Assembly (NCBI GenBank): GCA_031459535.1
Contig: JAVKIJ010000019.1
Coordinates: 1 to 41,816 of the forward strand
Direction of reading: 5' to 3'
Source: Candidatus Fervidifonticultor quintus
GTDB lineage: Bacteria; Sysuimicrobiota; Sysuimicrobiia; Sysuimicrobiales; Humicultoraceae
Length of the DNA: 41,816 bases
The notes under the pieces are model-generated. The model searched no databases and had not been told where the DNA came from. It worked only from the letters and a program-made list of their open reading frames with translations. Below are positions 7,486 through 16,392 of the stretch, in pieces (the stretch's first letter is position 1; every line of letters begins with the position of its first letter). A program made the translations under genes and the position numbers.

Positions 7486-8799
7486 ATGGCTAAACCCTCT
7501 CCCAAAGTCGAGCGGGCATCGCGACCCGAGTGGTTGGTACAGTTCGGCCGGCGACTGAGGCAGGCGCGAGGATACGCCGGCATCACCCAGGAGCAGCTGG
7601 CCGGCGGGGACTGCAACAAGAGCTTCATCAGCCTACTGGAGAGCGGGCGGTCGTACCCGTCGGTCGAGACGGTAGCTGCGCTGGCCCGCCGGGCGGGCAC
7701 CTCGGTGGCCTCGCTGCTCCTCGACCCCGAGGCGCTCCGGTGGGAGACGGCTTACAACCTGTTGCACCTCGCCTGGCATCTGGATCCTGTGGAGCGCGGG
7801 GCCGAAGCCCTGCGGCTCGCCGAGATGGCCGAGGCCGTGGTGCCCGGCCACCCTGCAGAGCTCAGTGCCCGCGCGATCCTGGTGCGGGCTCGCATCGCGG
7901 TAATGACAGACCGCCTGGTTGAAGGGGCCCAGTTGGCCGATCAGGCGGCGGCGGTCGCGCGCCGCCACCAGTTGCCCGGCGCGCTGGGCAGGGCCCTGGT
8001 CCTGCGAGGCATCGCCGCCGAGCGGCGGGGAGAGTACAGAGTGGCGGTGACCGTCCTCGGGAAGGCGCTGGAGATCATGCGGCAGGCGCGGTCCGCGCAC
8101 ACCGAGGACGAGGTGTGGGCCTGCCTGTCCCTGGGCGCTGCGTGGGGCCGCACCGGTCAGTTGGCCCGCGCGCGGCGGAGTTACCGGCGTGCGCTCGAGC
8201 TCGCCACGCGCCTGGGACTTCAGCGAATGCGCGGACGCGCGCTCACCGGACTCGCCCTGGCCGAATGGGCGTCGAGGCGCCCCGACCAGGCAGTGGACCT
8301 GCTCGAGCAGGCCTACGACGCCTTCGAACAGATCGAGGACCTGGCCGAGATGAGCCGCGTGCTCAACAACCTGGGGCTGCTGCGGCGCGAACAGGGGCTC
8401 TACGCCGAGGCGCTGGCAGTGCTCCAACGGGCCCTTCGCCTCAGAGACCGGCAGCCTGACGTGCGGGGCCGCAGCGCCACCCTCGACGAGATCGCACAGG
8501 TGTACCTGGCGATGTCCCGGTGGAACGAAGCTGCTCGCATCGCACGCCGGGCGCTGAAGGACGCCAGCGCGTCCGGCGACCAGTCGCGCCAGGCCGCGGC
8601 GCAGGTGACACTGGCCCGGGCGCTGCGCGCCCAGGGTCGCTGGCAGGAGGCCGTGGAACTGCTACAGGTTGCGGTGCCGACGCTCTCGCGCCTGGGGATG
8701 CACGCGCAGGCCGTCTCTGCCTCGACCGAGCTGAATCTGTTGCTGACCTCGCTGCGCGCGGGGCCGGTTGAGGAGCACGAGGCGCACAAAGGAGCATGA
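7486..8799 (+). CDS. XRE/Cro-type HTH + tetratricopeptide-repeat transcriptional regulator (RRNPP-like architecture)
   Basis: FGRRLRQAR...ITQEQLAG...SFISLLESGRSYPS HTH; repeated TPR motifs (LSLGAAW, LTGLALAEW, LNNLGLL, LDEIAQVY); 437 aa. Confidence 0.9.
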   Translation: MAKPSPKVERASRPEWLVQFGRRLRQARGYAGITQEQLAGGDCNKSFISLLESGRSYPSVETVAALARRAGTSVASLLLDPEALRWETAYNLLHLAWHLDPVERGAEALRLAEMAEAVVPGHPAELSARAILVRARIAVMTDRLVEGAQLADQAAAVARRHQLPGALGRALVLRGIAAERRGEYRVAVTVLGKALEIMRQARSAHTEDEVWACLSLGAAWGRTGQLARARRSYRRALELATRLGLQRMRGRALTGLALAEWASRRPDQAVDLLEQAYDAFEQIEDLAEMSRVLNNLGLLRREQGLYAEALAVLQRALRLRDRQPDVRGRSATLDEIAQVYLAMSRWNEAARIARRALKDASASGDQSRQAAAQVTLARALRAQGRWQEAVELLQVAVPTLSRLGMHAQAVSASTELNLLLTSLRAGPVEEHEAHKGA

Positions 8800-9269
8800 C
8801 CGCCGTGGGAAGCCCGCTGCACAAGGAAGTGATCGGGGAACCTGCGGGCGACGCCATCTCGCAGGACGAACGCCGCAGGCTCATATGCCGGATGCCGTCG
8901 GGATGGGCAGTGCTTCATGACTGGCAGTACCTGCCCGGCTGTTCGCTGCTGGTGCCCGAACCGGCCGTTCGTGATTTTCACACGCTGTCGCTCGATCAGC
9001 GCCTGGTCTTCCTGCGGGACATGGCGCTGCTCGGCGAGGCCGTGCTGGCGGTGACCGGGGCCGCGACGATCAACTATTCGATCCTCGATGTCGCCCAGCG
9101 TCTGCAGGCCTGCGTCTGTCCCCGGTACGACTGGGAGCCTCGGGATAGGCGGTGGGGCCCATTTGACTGCTACGACATGCGCGAGGGGCAGAGGTTCGAC
9201 CCGGTGCTCCACGCGCGCCTCGCGACGACTCTGGCAAGTTACCTGGAGCGGCTGCTGCTGAAGTTCTGA
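8796..9269 (+). CDS. HIT-like protein with a degenerate histidine triad
   Basis: MPSGWAVL..WQYLPGCSLL, FLRDMALLGEAV, INYSIL, PRYDWEP resemble a HIT subfamily; ATGA overlap with the regulator stop codon. Confidence 0.7.
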   Translation: MTAVGSPLHKEVIGEPAGDAISQDERRRLICRMPSGWAVLHDWQYLPGCSLLVPEPAVRDFHTLSLDQRLVFLRDMALLGEAVLAVTGAATINYSILDVAQRLQACVCPRYDWEPRDRRWGPFDCYDMREGQRFDPVLHARLATTLASYLERLLLKF

Positions 9270-9430
9270 CGAATCAGGCCGCGGCCGAGGTCTACGCGCG
9301 GGTCTCATCGCAACCGATAGCCCGGACCCCTGACTGGACAATCGCCGCGCTGCTCGCGGAGCGAGGGCAGAGCGCGAGCGGCCCCTGCATGTTGGATCGT
9401 GCCTGCGCGACGGATGATCCGGAGGGTCGG

Positions 9431-9477
9431 TTGATCCTAGGATGATAACGTGTTACGATTTGGAAGAATGGTAACAC
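9431..9477 (+). promoter_or_regulatory. nikR promoter and candidate NikR operator
   Basis: TTGATC-N17-TACGAT with extended TG; perfect inverted repeat GTGTTAC-N14-GTAACAC (9450-9477) spanning the -10 box and start codon. Confidence 0.75.
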
Positions 9478-9902
9478 AACAGTCGGCCTTGCGGCGTTTC
9501 AGCATCTCCATGGCCGAGGATCTGGTGGCCCAGCTCGACGCCATGGTCCGGGCCAAGGGGTACCGCAACCGCTCCCATGCCGTGGCCGACATGGTGCGCG
9601 GCCAGCTCGTGGACTACCGGGCCGAGCGAGGGAATCACCCGATTGCGGGCACCATCACCCTCGTCTACGACCACCACAAGCGAGGCGTCCAGGCCCTGCT
9701 CACGGAGATCCAGCACCACCATCCTCACCTGATCATCTCCACCCTGCACGTGCACCTGGATCACCGCAACTGCCTGGAGGTGCTGGCCGTCCGCGGGCGC
9801 GCTCGTGACGTGAGGAGGATTGCTGACCGCCTGGTGGCGACGAGGGGGGTCAAACACGGGCGGCTCACGGTGACCACGACCGGGAAGGAGTTCACCGTCT
9901 GA
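9468..9902 (+). CDS. nikR: Nickel-responsive transcriptional regulator NikR
   Basis: RFSISM RHH strand, GYRNRS, YDHH, HVHLDHRNCLEV nickel ligands. Confidence 0.96.
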   Translation: MVTQQSALRRFSISMAEDLVAQLDAMVRAKGYRNRSHAVADMVRGQLVDYRAERGNHPIAGTITLVYDHHKRGVQALLTEIQHHHPHLIISTLHVHLDHRNCLEVLAVRGRARDVRRIADRLVATRGVKHGRLTVTTTGKEFTV

Positions 9903-9914
9903 GGGAGGTGTCGC

Positions 9915-10910
9915 ATGCACATTCCCGACGGCTTCCTCGACGCCAAGACGGCGCTGGCCGGTGGCGCCCTGGCCGCGGCCGGTCTCGGCCTCGCCCTGCG
10001 CAGCGCCAGGCGGACGTTGCCCGACCGGAGCGTGCCGCTGATCGGCGTCGCCGCCGCGTTCATCTTCGCCGCGCAGATGCTCAACTTTCCCGTGGCCGGC
10101 GGTACGTCGGGGCACCTGATCGGAGCCACGCTGGCGGCCGTCCTGCTGGGGCCCACTGCGGCCGTCGTGGTGATGTCGTCGGTCTTGATTCTCCAGGCGT
10201 TCCTCTTCGCCGACGGCGGCATCACGGCGCTGGGCGCCAACATCTTCAACATGGCGGTGGTGGCGCCGCTGGTCGGGTACGCCGTCTATCGGGGCGCCAG
10301 CCGTCTGTTGCGCGGCGATCTGCGCGCGCGGCTGACCGGCACCGCCTTCGGCGCGTGGTGCTCGACGGTCGCCGCGTCGGTCGCCTGTGCCGGGCAGCTG
10401 GCGGTATCGGGGACGGTGGCCTGGGATGTAGCCTTTCCGGCCATGGCGGGCATCCACATGGTGATCGGCGTCGGCGAAGCGCTGATCACCGCGCTCGTGG
10501 TGGCCGCCGTCGCCAAGGCGCGCCCGGAGCTGCTCGACGACCGCCCTTTGGCGACCGGCCGGGTCGGGTACCGGACGCTTGTTGGCTACGGCGCCCTCGT
10601 GGCGTTGGGGCTCGCCGTCTTCATAGCACCCTTCGCGTCTACCTGGCCGGACGGCCTGGAGATGGTGGCGGAGCGCCTGGGGTTCGCCGAGCGGGCCTCC
10701 GAGAGCCTGGTGGCCTCCTCGCCCCTGGCCGACTATGCCGTCGCGGGCATCGGTTCTCCTGCCGCATCCACGGCCGTCGCCGGGGCGAGCGGCACGGTGG
10801 TCGCCTTCGTCCTGGCGTATGGGCTGGCCCGCCTCCTCGTGCCGCGGGGCGCCCGCGGTCCCGGTCCCCACGCGGGAGGCGCGCACGGCAGTGCACCACG
10901 GCCTGTCTGA
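9915..10910 (+). CDS. cbiM: ECF Ni/Co transporter substrate-binding component CbiM/NikM fused to a PDGLE (NikN-like) domain
   Basis: N-terminal MHIPDGFL, AQMLNFPV.GGTSGHLIG, ADGGITALGAN, C-terminal PDGLE. Confidence 0.93.
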   Translation: MHIPDGFLDAKTALAGGALAAAGLGLALRSARRTLPDRSVPLIGVAAAFIFAAQMLNFPVAGGTSGHLIGATLAAVLLGPTAAVVVMSSVLILQAFLFADGGITALGANIFNMAVVAPLVGYAVYRGASRLLRGDLRARLTGTAFGAWCSTVAASVACAGQLAVSGTVAWDVAFPAMAGIHMVIGVGEALITALVVAAVAKARPELLDDRPLATGRVGYRTLVGYGALVALGLAVFIAPFASTWPDGLEMVAERLGFAERASESLVASSPLADYAVAGIGSPAASTAVAGASGTVVAFVLAYGLARLLVPRGARGPGPHAGGAHGSAPRPV

Positions 10911-11505
10911 TCCCTACCAGCCCGGGTCGAGTCTCGTCCACCGACTGACACCGGCGGTGAAACTCGCCGCCGCGTTGGGTTTCGTCTTCGCGGTGGTGCT
11001 GCTGCCGCGCGCGGCCTGGCCCGCCTACGCCGCCGCGGCCCTGGCGCTGGTTGCCGCGGCCGTCGCATCCAGGGTGCCCCTGCGCCGTCTCGGCGCCCGG
11101 CTCCTGGTCGTCGAACCCTTCGCCATTGGGGTGGCCGTGCTCTCCCTGCTGCAGCGCGACGGCGTCCCGGTGTTCCTTGCGCTGCTTACGAAGAGCACCC
11201 TGTGCCTGGCCTGCATCGTCCTGCTGGGCGCCACGACGCGCTTCTCGGATGTCCTGCGGACGTTGACACGCCTGCGCGTCCCGTCCCTGCTGGTGACCAC
11301 ACTGGCGCTGTTGTACCGGTATCTCTACGTGCTGGTGGAGGAGATGGGCCGGATGCATCGAGCGCGGCGGAGCCGAACCTTCGTGCGCGGCCGGTGGTTT
11401 GCCTGGCGGTCATCCGCCACCGTGATCGGCCATCTCTTCCTGCGCACGTCGGAGCGCGCCGAGCGCATCTACGCCGCCATGCGCGCGCGGGGGTGGAAGA
11501 CGTGA
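10891..11505 (+). CDS. cbiQ: ECF transporter transmembrane component CbiQ/NikQ
   Basis: SLVHRL.PAVKL, YRYLYVLVEE, ARRSR, ERAERIYAAMRARG; GGGAGG before GTG 10891. Confidence 0.92.
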   Translation: MHHGLSDPYQPGSSLVHRLTPAVKLAAALGFVFAVVLLPRAAWPAYAAAALALVAAAVASRVPLRRLGARLLVVEPFAIGVAVLSLLQRDGVPVFLALLTKSTLCLACIVLLGATTRFSDVLRTLTRLRVPSLLVTTLALLYRYLYVLVEEMGRMHRARRSRTFVRGRWFAWRSSATVIGHLFLRTSERAERIYAAMRARGWKT

Positions 11506-12248
11506 ACGCCGTCGAGGTTCACCATCTGGCCTACCGGTACGCCGACGGCACTGAGGCCCTGCGCGACGTAAGCTTCGCCGTCGCCAAGGGCGACCGGGTC
11601 GGTGTGATCGGCCCAAACGGCGCCGGCAAGTCCACCCTGCTGTGGCACCTCAACGGTCTGCTGCCTGACCATCCGGCCGGTGAGGCCGCCGTGCGGGTCT
11701 TCGGGACGCCCGTGGCGGAGCCGCACCTGCCCGCCATCCGCGCGCAGGTCGGCCTGCTGTTCCAGGATCCGGATGATCAGCTGTTCTGTCCCACCGTCTG
11801 GGAGGATGTCGCGTTTGGCCCGCAGCAGTTGGGCCGGCGGGAGCCGGAGCTGTCGGCCTGCGTCCGGGAGGCCCTGGCGCGCGTGGGCCTGGCGGGGTTC
11901 GAGGACCGCCATCCGTCCCGCCTCAGTCACGGCGAGAAGCGCCGGGTCTGCCTGGCTGGCCTGCTGGCGTGCGAGGCCCGCATCCTGGCCCTGGACGAAC
12001 CGTCCAGCGGTCTGGACCCGCGGGGGCGGCGCGAGCTCGTGGCCCTCCTGAAGAACCTGCCCGTAACCCAGATCATCGCCACCCACGATCTGGAACTGGT
12101 GGTCGAGGTGTGCCCGCGGGTGGTGGTCCTCGACGGCGGAGCGGTGGTGGCCGAGGGGCCGACGCTGCAGGTCCTCAACGACGAGGAGCTGATGCTGGCC
12201 CACGGTTTGGAGCGGCCCCACATCCTGCGGCACCGACACCCGCACTGA
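11502..12248 (+). CDS. cbiO: ECF transporter ATPase CbiO/NikO
   Basis: GPNGAGKST, FQDPDDQLF, LSHGEKRR, LDEP; GTGA overlap with cbiQ; His-rich end HRHPH. Confidence 0.93.
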   Translation: MNAVEVHHLAYRYADGTEALRDVSFAVAKGDRVGVIGPNGAGKSTLLWHLNGLLPDHPAGEAAVRVFGTPVAEPHLPAIRAQVGLLFQDPDDQLFCPTVWEDVAFGPQQLGRREPELSACVREALARVGLAGFEDRHPSRLSHGEKRRVCLAGLLACEARILALDEPSSGLDPRGRRELVALLKNLPVTQIIATHDLELVVEVCPRVVVLDGGAVVAEGPTLQVLNDEELMLAHGLERPHILRHRHPH

Positions 12249-12273
12249 GCCGCGCCAGAGTCCATTCCGGCAC

Positions 12274-12329
12274 TTGACGGGCGCCCGGTCATCAGTGTAG
12301 CATATGCTCGCTTCTTGAGCATATGCTCA
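12274..12329 (+). promoter_or_regulatory. Promoter and tandem palindromic operators of the SorC-family regulator
   Basis: TTGACG-N18-TAGCAT; AGCATATGCT (12299-12308) and TGAGCATATGCTCA (12316-12329), 19-bp period. Confidence 0.75.
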
Positions 12330-12350
12330 CACAGGTGTACATCGGCTCAC

Positions 12351-13367
12351 GTGGACGACGACCTGGAACTGCTCACCAAGGTGGCCACCCTCTACCACCT
12401 GCACGGGCTGACCCAGCGTCAGGTCGGAGCACGGCTGGGTCTGTCACGACAGACCGTCGGACGGATGCTCACCCGCGCCCGCGCCAGGGGCATCGTCGAA
12501 GTCCGCATCAGGTCACCCGTGTCAGTCTCGTCCGACCTGGCAGCCCGGCTGGAGGCTGCCTTCGGCCTGGCAGAGGCCGTCGTGGTGCGACCCTCAGACG
12601 AGAGCGACGACGCCGTCAAGGCCGCGCTGGGCGAGGCCGCCGCGCGGTTCTTGGAGCGCCATCTTCGAGCCGGAGACGTAGTGGGGCTGGCGTGGGGCAG
12701 CACCCTCTACCAGATGGCGCGCCAGCTCCGGTCGCGTCGCATCAGTCGCGTCAAGGTCGTGCAGTTGAACGGGAGCCTGGTGCGCAACACCCACGTCTCC
12801 CATGCGGAGTACATCGTCCAGCACACAGCGGAAGTCTTCGGCGGTGAGTCCACCCTGCTGGCTGCCCCCCTGATGGTGGACACCCAGGCCATCAAGGAGA
12901 GCATGTTGCAAGACTCCCGCATCGCGTCGGCGCTGGCCCTCGCCCGGCGCGCCCAGGTGGCGGTGTTCGGCATCGGCGCGGTGTCCCGCGACTCGTCGCT
13001 CGTACGCGCGGGTTATGTGGATCAAGCGCTCCTGCAGGACCTTCGCGAGATGGGCGCCGTGGGTGAGATCTGCGGGCGGTTCTACGACCTGGGCGGCCGG
13101 CCCTGCGCCTCGGATCTGGGGGATCGCACGCTAGCGGTAGAGCTGGCCGATTTCCGTACCAAGCGCCTTGCGGTGGGGGTGGCGGGAGGGAGCCGCAAGG
13201 TGGACGGGATCTTGGGCGCGCTGACCGGGCGGTACTGCAACGTGCTGATTACCGATGCGGTGGTAGCTGGAGCCCTGCTGAGACGACACGAGGCGGGCGC
13301 CCGGGAACTGGCGGCGGTGGCGCAAGGTCAGGACGGTGCGGCCCGGGGCGCGAGGCCTGAGGGCTAG
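12351..13367 (+). CDS. SorC/DeoR-family sugar-binding transcriptional regulator
   Basis: VATLYHLHGLTQ..VG.RLGLSR HTH; GLAWGSTL, VFGIG, GAVGEICGRFYD, LITD. Confidence 0.93.
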   Translation: MDDDLELLTKVATLYHLHGLTQRQVGARLGLSRQTVGRMLTRARARGIVEVRIRSPVSVSSDLAARLEAAFGLAEAVVVRPSDESDDAVKAALGEAAARFLERHLRAGDVVGLAWGSTLYQMARQLRSRRISRVKVVQLNGSLVRNTHVSHAEYIVQHTAEVFGGESTLLAAPLMVDTQAIKESMLQDSRIASALALARRAQVAVFGIGAVSRDSSLVRAGYVDQALLQDLREMGAVGEICGRFYDLGGRPCASDLGDRTLAVELADFRTKRLAVGVAGGSRKVDGILGALTGRYCNVLITDAVVAGALLRRHEAGARELAAVAQGQDGAARGARPEG

Positions 13368-13388
13368 ACGCCGAAACCAGAAAGGGGG

Positions 13389-14699
13389 ATGCCGATGAGG
13401 CTGGTCACAACCGTTGTGGTATGCCTGCTCGTAGTGGGGACGATGTCCACCGGGGGTCTGGCGCAGGCCCGATTCGACTGGCGCCAGGCAGAAGGGACCG
13501 AGCTCCGGGTGCTGGCGTTGCGGGCGTGGTTCACCGATCTGTTCAAGGAACGCCTGCCCGAATTCGAGCGGCGCACCGGCATCAAGGTCATCATCGAGGA
13601 TTTCCCCGAAGACCCGTTCCGACAGAAGCTGGCGGTGGAACTGGCGGCGGCCAGCCGCCGGGTCGACGTGTTCAACACCGGGACCTCCTACGAGGGACGT
13701 CGGTTTGCGACCTCGGGGTGGTACGCTGATTTGACACCCCTGCTGCGCGATCCCACGGCGACGAGTCCCGAGTGGGGCGGCACCGATTTCATGGACAGCG
13801 TCTGGAAGGCCCAGGAGTTCGACGGCCGGCATGTGGCCGTGCCGCTGCAGGTGGTCTCCCAGGTGCTGTTCTACCGCAAGGACCTGTTTGACGCGGCCGG
13901 GCTGCGCCCACCCCGGACGCTGGATGAACTGGAGGAGGCCGCCCGGCGGCTGCACCGGCCTCCAGACGTGTACGGCTTCGTCTCCCGCGGCCGGAAGACC
14001 CAGGCGCCTTATAGTTGGGCCCACTTCCTGTACGCGCACGGCGGCAGTTGGCTGACACCCGACGGAAGGACTGGCGTGGCATCGCCGGCGGCGGTGGCGG
14101 CGCTCGCACAGTACGCGCGCATCCTGCGGAACTTCGGCGATCCCGGCGTGCTCGATGCCGGGCCGATCGAGGTCCAGACGCTGTTCGCTCAAGGGCGCGC
14201 CGCCATGATCCTGGACGCCGGTTCCTGGGCCGGCATCTTCGGCGATCCGAACCGCTCGCGCGTCTTCGGCCGGTGGGCGGTGGCACCTGCTCCGTCGGGC
14301 CCTGCGGGCGTGACCTATGAGTTGTGGGCCTGGAGCCTGGCGCTGTCGCCGTACTCTGAGAAGAAGCGGGCCGGGTGGCTCTTCATCCAGTGGGCCACCA
14401 GCAAGGAGATGCAGCGCATCCTCCACGCGCGGGGATTCCCCATGCCCCGCAGTTCACTGTGGGCCGAGCCGGCATGGCGTACGACTATGGAGCCCACGTG
14501 GCTGGAGACGATGCTGATGCAACTGCGCACCGCCAGACCCATCGGGCACCCGCCCGTCGTAGCGACCGCCGAGGTGGTAGACCTGGTGGGGACGGCCATC
14601 AGCGGCGCCCTGGCCGGACGTGATGCCCGCGCAGAGCTGGAGGCGACGGCCCGTCGGGTCAACGACGTGCTGGAGCGGACCGAGCCCAAGCGCAGGTGA
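13389..14699 (+). CDS. Sugar ABC transporter substrate-binding protein
   Basis: Signal peptide; FERRTGIKV, LFYRKDLFDAAGL, PRTLDEL, LFIQWATS. Confidence 0.92.
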   Translation: MPMRLVTTVVVCLLVVGTMSTGGLAQARFDWRQAEGTELRVLALRAWFTDLFKERLPEFERRTGIKVIIEDFPEDPFRQKLAVELAAASRRVDVFNTGTSYEGRRFATSGWYADLTPLLRDPTATSPEWGGTDFMDSVWKAQEFDGRHVAVPLQVVSQVLFYRKDLFDAAGLRPPRTLDELEEAARRLHRPPDVYGFVSRGRKTQAPYSWAHFLYAHGGSWLTPDGRTGVASPAAVAALAQYARILRNFGDPGVLDAGPIEVQTLFAQGRAAMILDAGSWAGIFGDPNRSRVFGRWAVAPAPSGPAGVTYELWAWSLALSPYSEKKRAGWLFIQWATSKEMQRILHARGFPMPRSSLWAEPAWRTTMEPTWLETMLMQLRTARPIGHPPVVATAEVVDLVGTAISGALAGRDARAELEATARRVNDVLERTEPKRR

Positions 14700-14706
14700 C
14701 GAGTCA

Positions 14707-15588
14707 GTGTTCGGGCAGGACCGGCGGGTAGGATGGGGTTTCATCCTACCCGCCCTCCTCGTGTTGGCGGTCACGGTGATCTTCCCCGTAGCCTACACCG
14801 CCGTGATGAGCCTGACGCGCTGGTCGGCATCCTCGCTTGCGGCGCCCGAGTGGGTCGGGGCGGCCAACTACGCGCAGATCACCGTAGCCGACGCCCGGTT
14901 CTGGCACTCGCTGATGGTCACCGCCTACTTCTCGGGCGTCGCGGTGACCGCTGAGGTGATCTTGGGGGTGGCCCTCGCCCAGTTCCTCAACCGACCGTTC
15001 GCGGCCAAGGGGCTGGTCCAGACGCTCCTGCTCCTCCCGGTGGCCGGCACGCCCGCCGCCCTGGCACTGGTCTGGCGGAACATGTACAACCCCTCGTACG
15101 GCATTCTCAACTGGTTCCTGGCGAGCCTGGGGCTGCCGCCCCAGCGCTGGCTCTTCGGGCCGCAGTCGGTCCTGCCGTCTCTGATCCTGATGGATGTCTG
15201 GCAGTGGACCCCCTTTGTGGCCCTCATCGTACTGACGGCCATGATGGCGCTTCCCACCGATCCCCTGGAAGCCGCCATCGTGGACGGTGCCAGCCCATGG
15301 CAGGTCTTCTGGATGGTGACGCTGCCCATGGTCCGGCCCTCGATCATGGCGGCGGCCATCCTGCGGCTGATCGACGCACTCAAGACATTCGACCAGATCT
15401 TCATCACCACGCAGGGCGGCCCGGGGACCGCGTCGCAGACTCTGGTCCTGTACATCTTCGACCAGGCGTTCCGGTACTTCAACTTTGGGTATGCCAGCGC
15501 CCTGATCATGGTCCTCGTGGCGGTGATCTTGGGCAGCAACATGGTGCTGATCCGGTGGCGCAAGGGGGCCCATGGTGAAGCGGCCTAG
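14707..15588 (+). CDS. Carbohydrate ABC transporter permease 1
   Basis: DVWQWTPF, EAAIVDGA, FDQIFITTQGGPG. Confidence 0.93.
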   Translation: MFGQDRRVGWGFILPALLVLAVTVIFPVAYTAVMSLTRWSASSLAAPEWVGAANYAQITVADARFWHSLMVTAYFSGVAVTAEVILGVALAQFLNRPFAAKGLVQTLLLLPVAGTPAALALVWRNMYNPSYGILNWFLASLGLPPQRWLFGPQSVLPSLILMDVWQWTPFVALIVLTAMMALPTDPLEAAIVDGASPWQVFWMVTLPMVRPSIMAAAILRLIDALKTFDQIFITTQGGPGTASQTLVLYIFDQAFRYFNFGYASALIMVLVAVILGSNMVLIRWRKGAHGEAA

Positions 15589-16381
15589 CGCCTTGTTCTA
15601 TGTGATCCTGGTGCCCCTGCTGGCCGTCTTCGTGTTTCCCTACGCGTGGATGCTCTTCAACAGCTTCAGGACCACGGCGGATATCTATGCGTACCCACCG
15701 GTGCTGACCGCGCACCTTACGCTGGAGAACTTCCGGGCCGTCTTCAAGGAGACGCCGTTTCTTCGCTACACGGCCAACAGCGTGGCGGTCACGGCGGGAG
15801 CGGTGCTGCTGGGCCTCGTGCTGGGCCTGCCGGCGGCGTACGGGATCGCCCGCAGCGGCCGCGGCGGACTCGCCGTGTGGGTGCTGGTGTGGCGCATGTT
15901 TCCCGGCATTTCGTTCCTCGTGCCCTGGTTCGTGGCCTATCGGGTGCTGGGGCTGCTGGATACGTACACGGGACTGGTGGCCGCGCACCTGGTGATCACG
16001 GTGCCCCTGATCACGTGGGTGATGCTGGCGTTCTTCGAGGACGTGCCGGTGGAGATCGAGGAGGCGGCGCGGATCGACGGGTGCTCGCCCCTCGGGGTCT
16101 TCCTGCGCGTGGCATTGCCCCTGGTGCGCCCCGGCGTGCTCTCGGCGTCTATGCTGGGGGTGGTGTTCACCTGGAACCACTTCCTGTTCCCTTTGATCCT
16201 TGCCGGAGACCGCACGAAGACGCTGCCCGTCGTGGTGTACAACTTCATGACGTTCGAGGAGCTCAAGCTGGGCGGGGTATTCGCGTCGGCGGTGCTGATC
16301 GTGTTGCCCATCGTGGTCGGGGTACTGGCGGGGCAGAAACACTTCGTCTCGGGCCTGACGGCCGGGGGCCTGAAGGGCTAG
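15572..16381 (+). CDS. Carbohydrate ABC transporter permease 2
   Basis: EEAARIDGC, WNHFLF, GLTAGGLKG. Confidence 0.93.
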   Translation: MVKRPSALFYVILVPLLAVFVFPYAWMLFNSFRTTADIYAYPPVLTAHLTLENFRAVFKETPFLRYTANSVAVTAGAVLLGLVLGLPAAYGIARSGRGGLAVWVLVWRMFPGISFLVPWFVAYRVLGLLDTYTGLVAAHLVITVPLITWVMLAFFEDVPVEIEEAARIDGCSPLGVFLRVALPLVRPGVLSASMLGVVFTWNHFLFPLILAGDRTKTLPVVVYNFMTFEELKLGGVFASAVLIVLPIVVGVLAGQKHFVSGLTAGGLKG

Positions 16382-16392
16382 GGGGTGGATCG

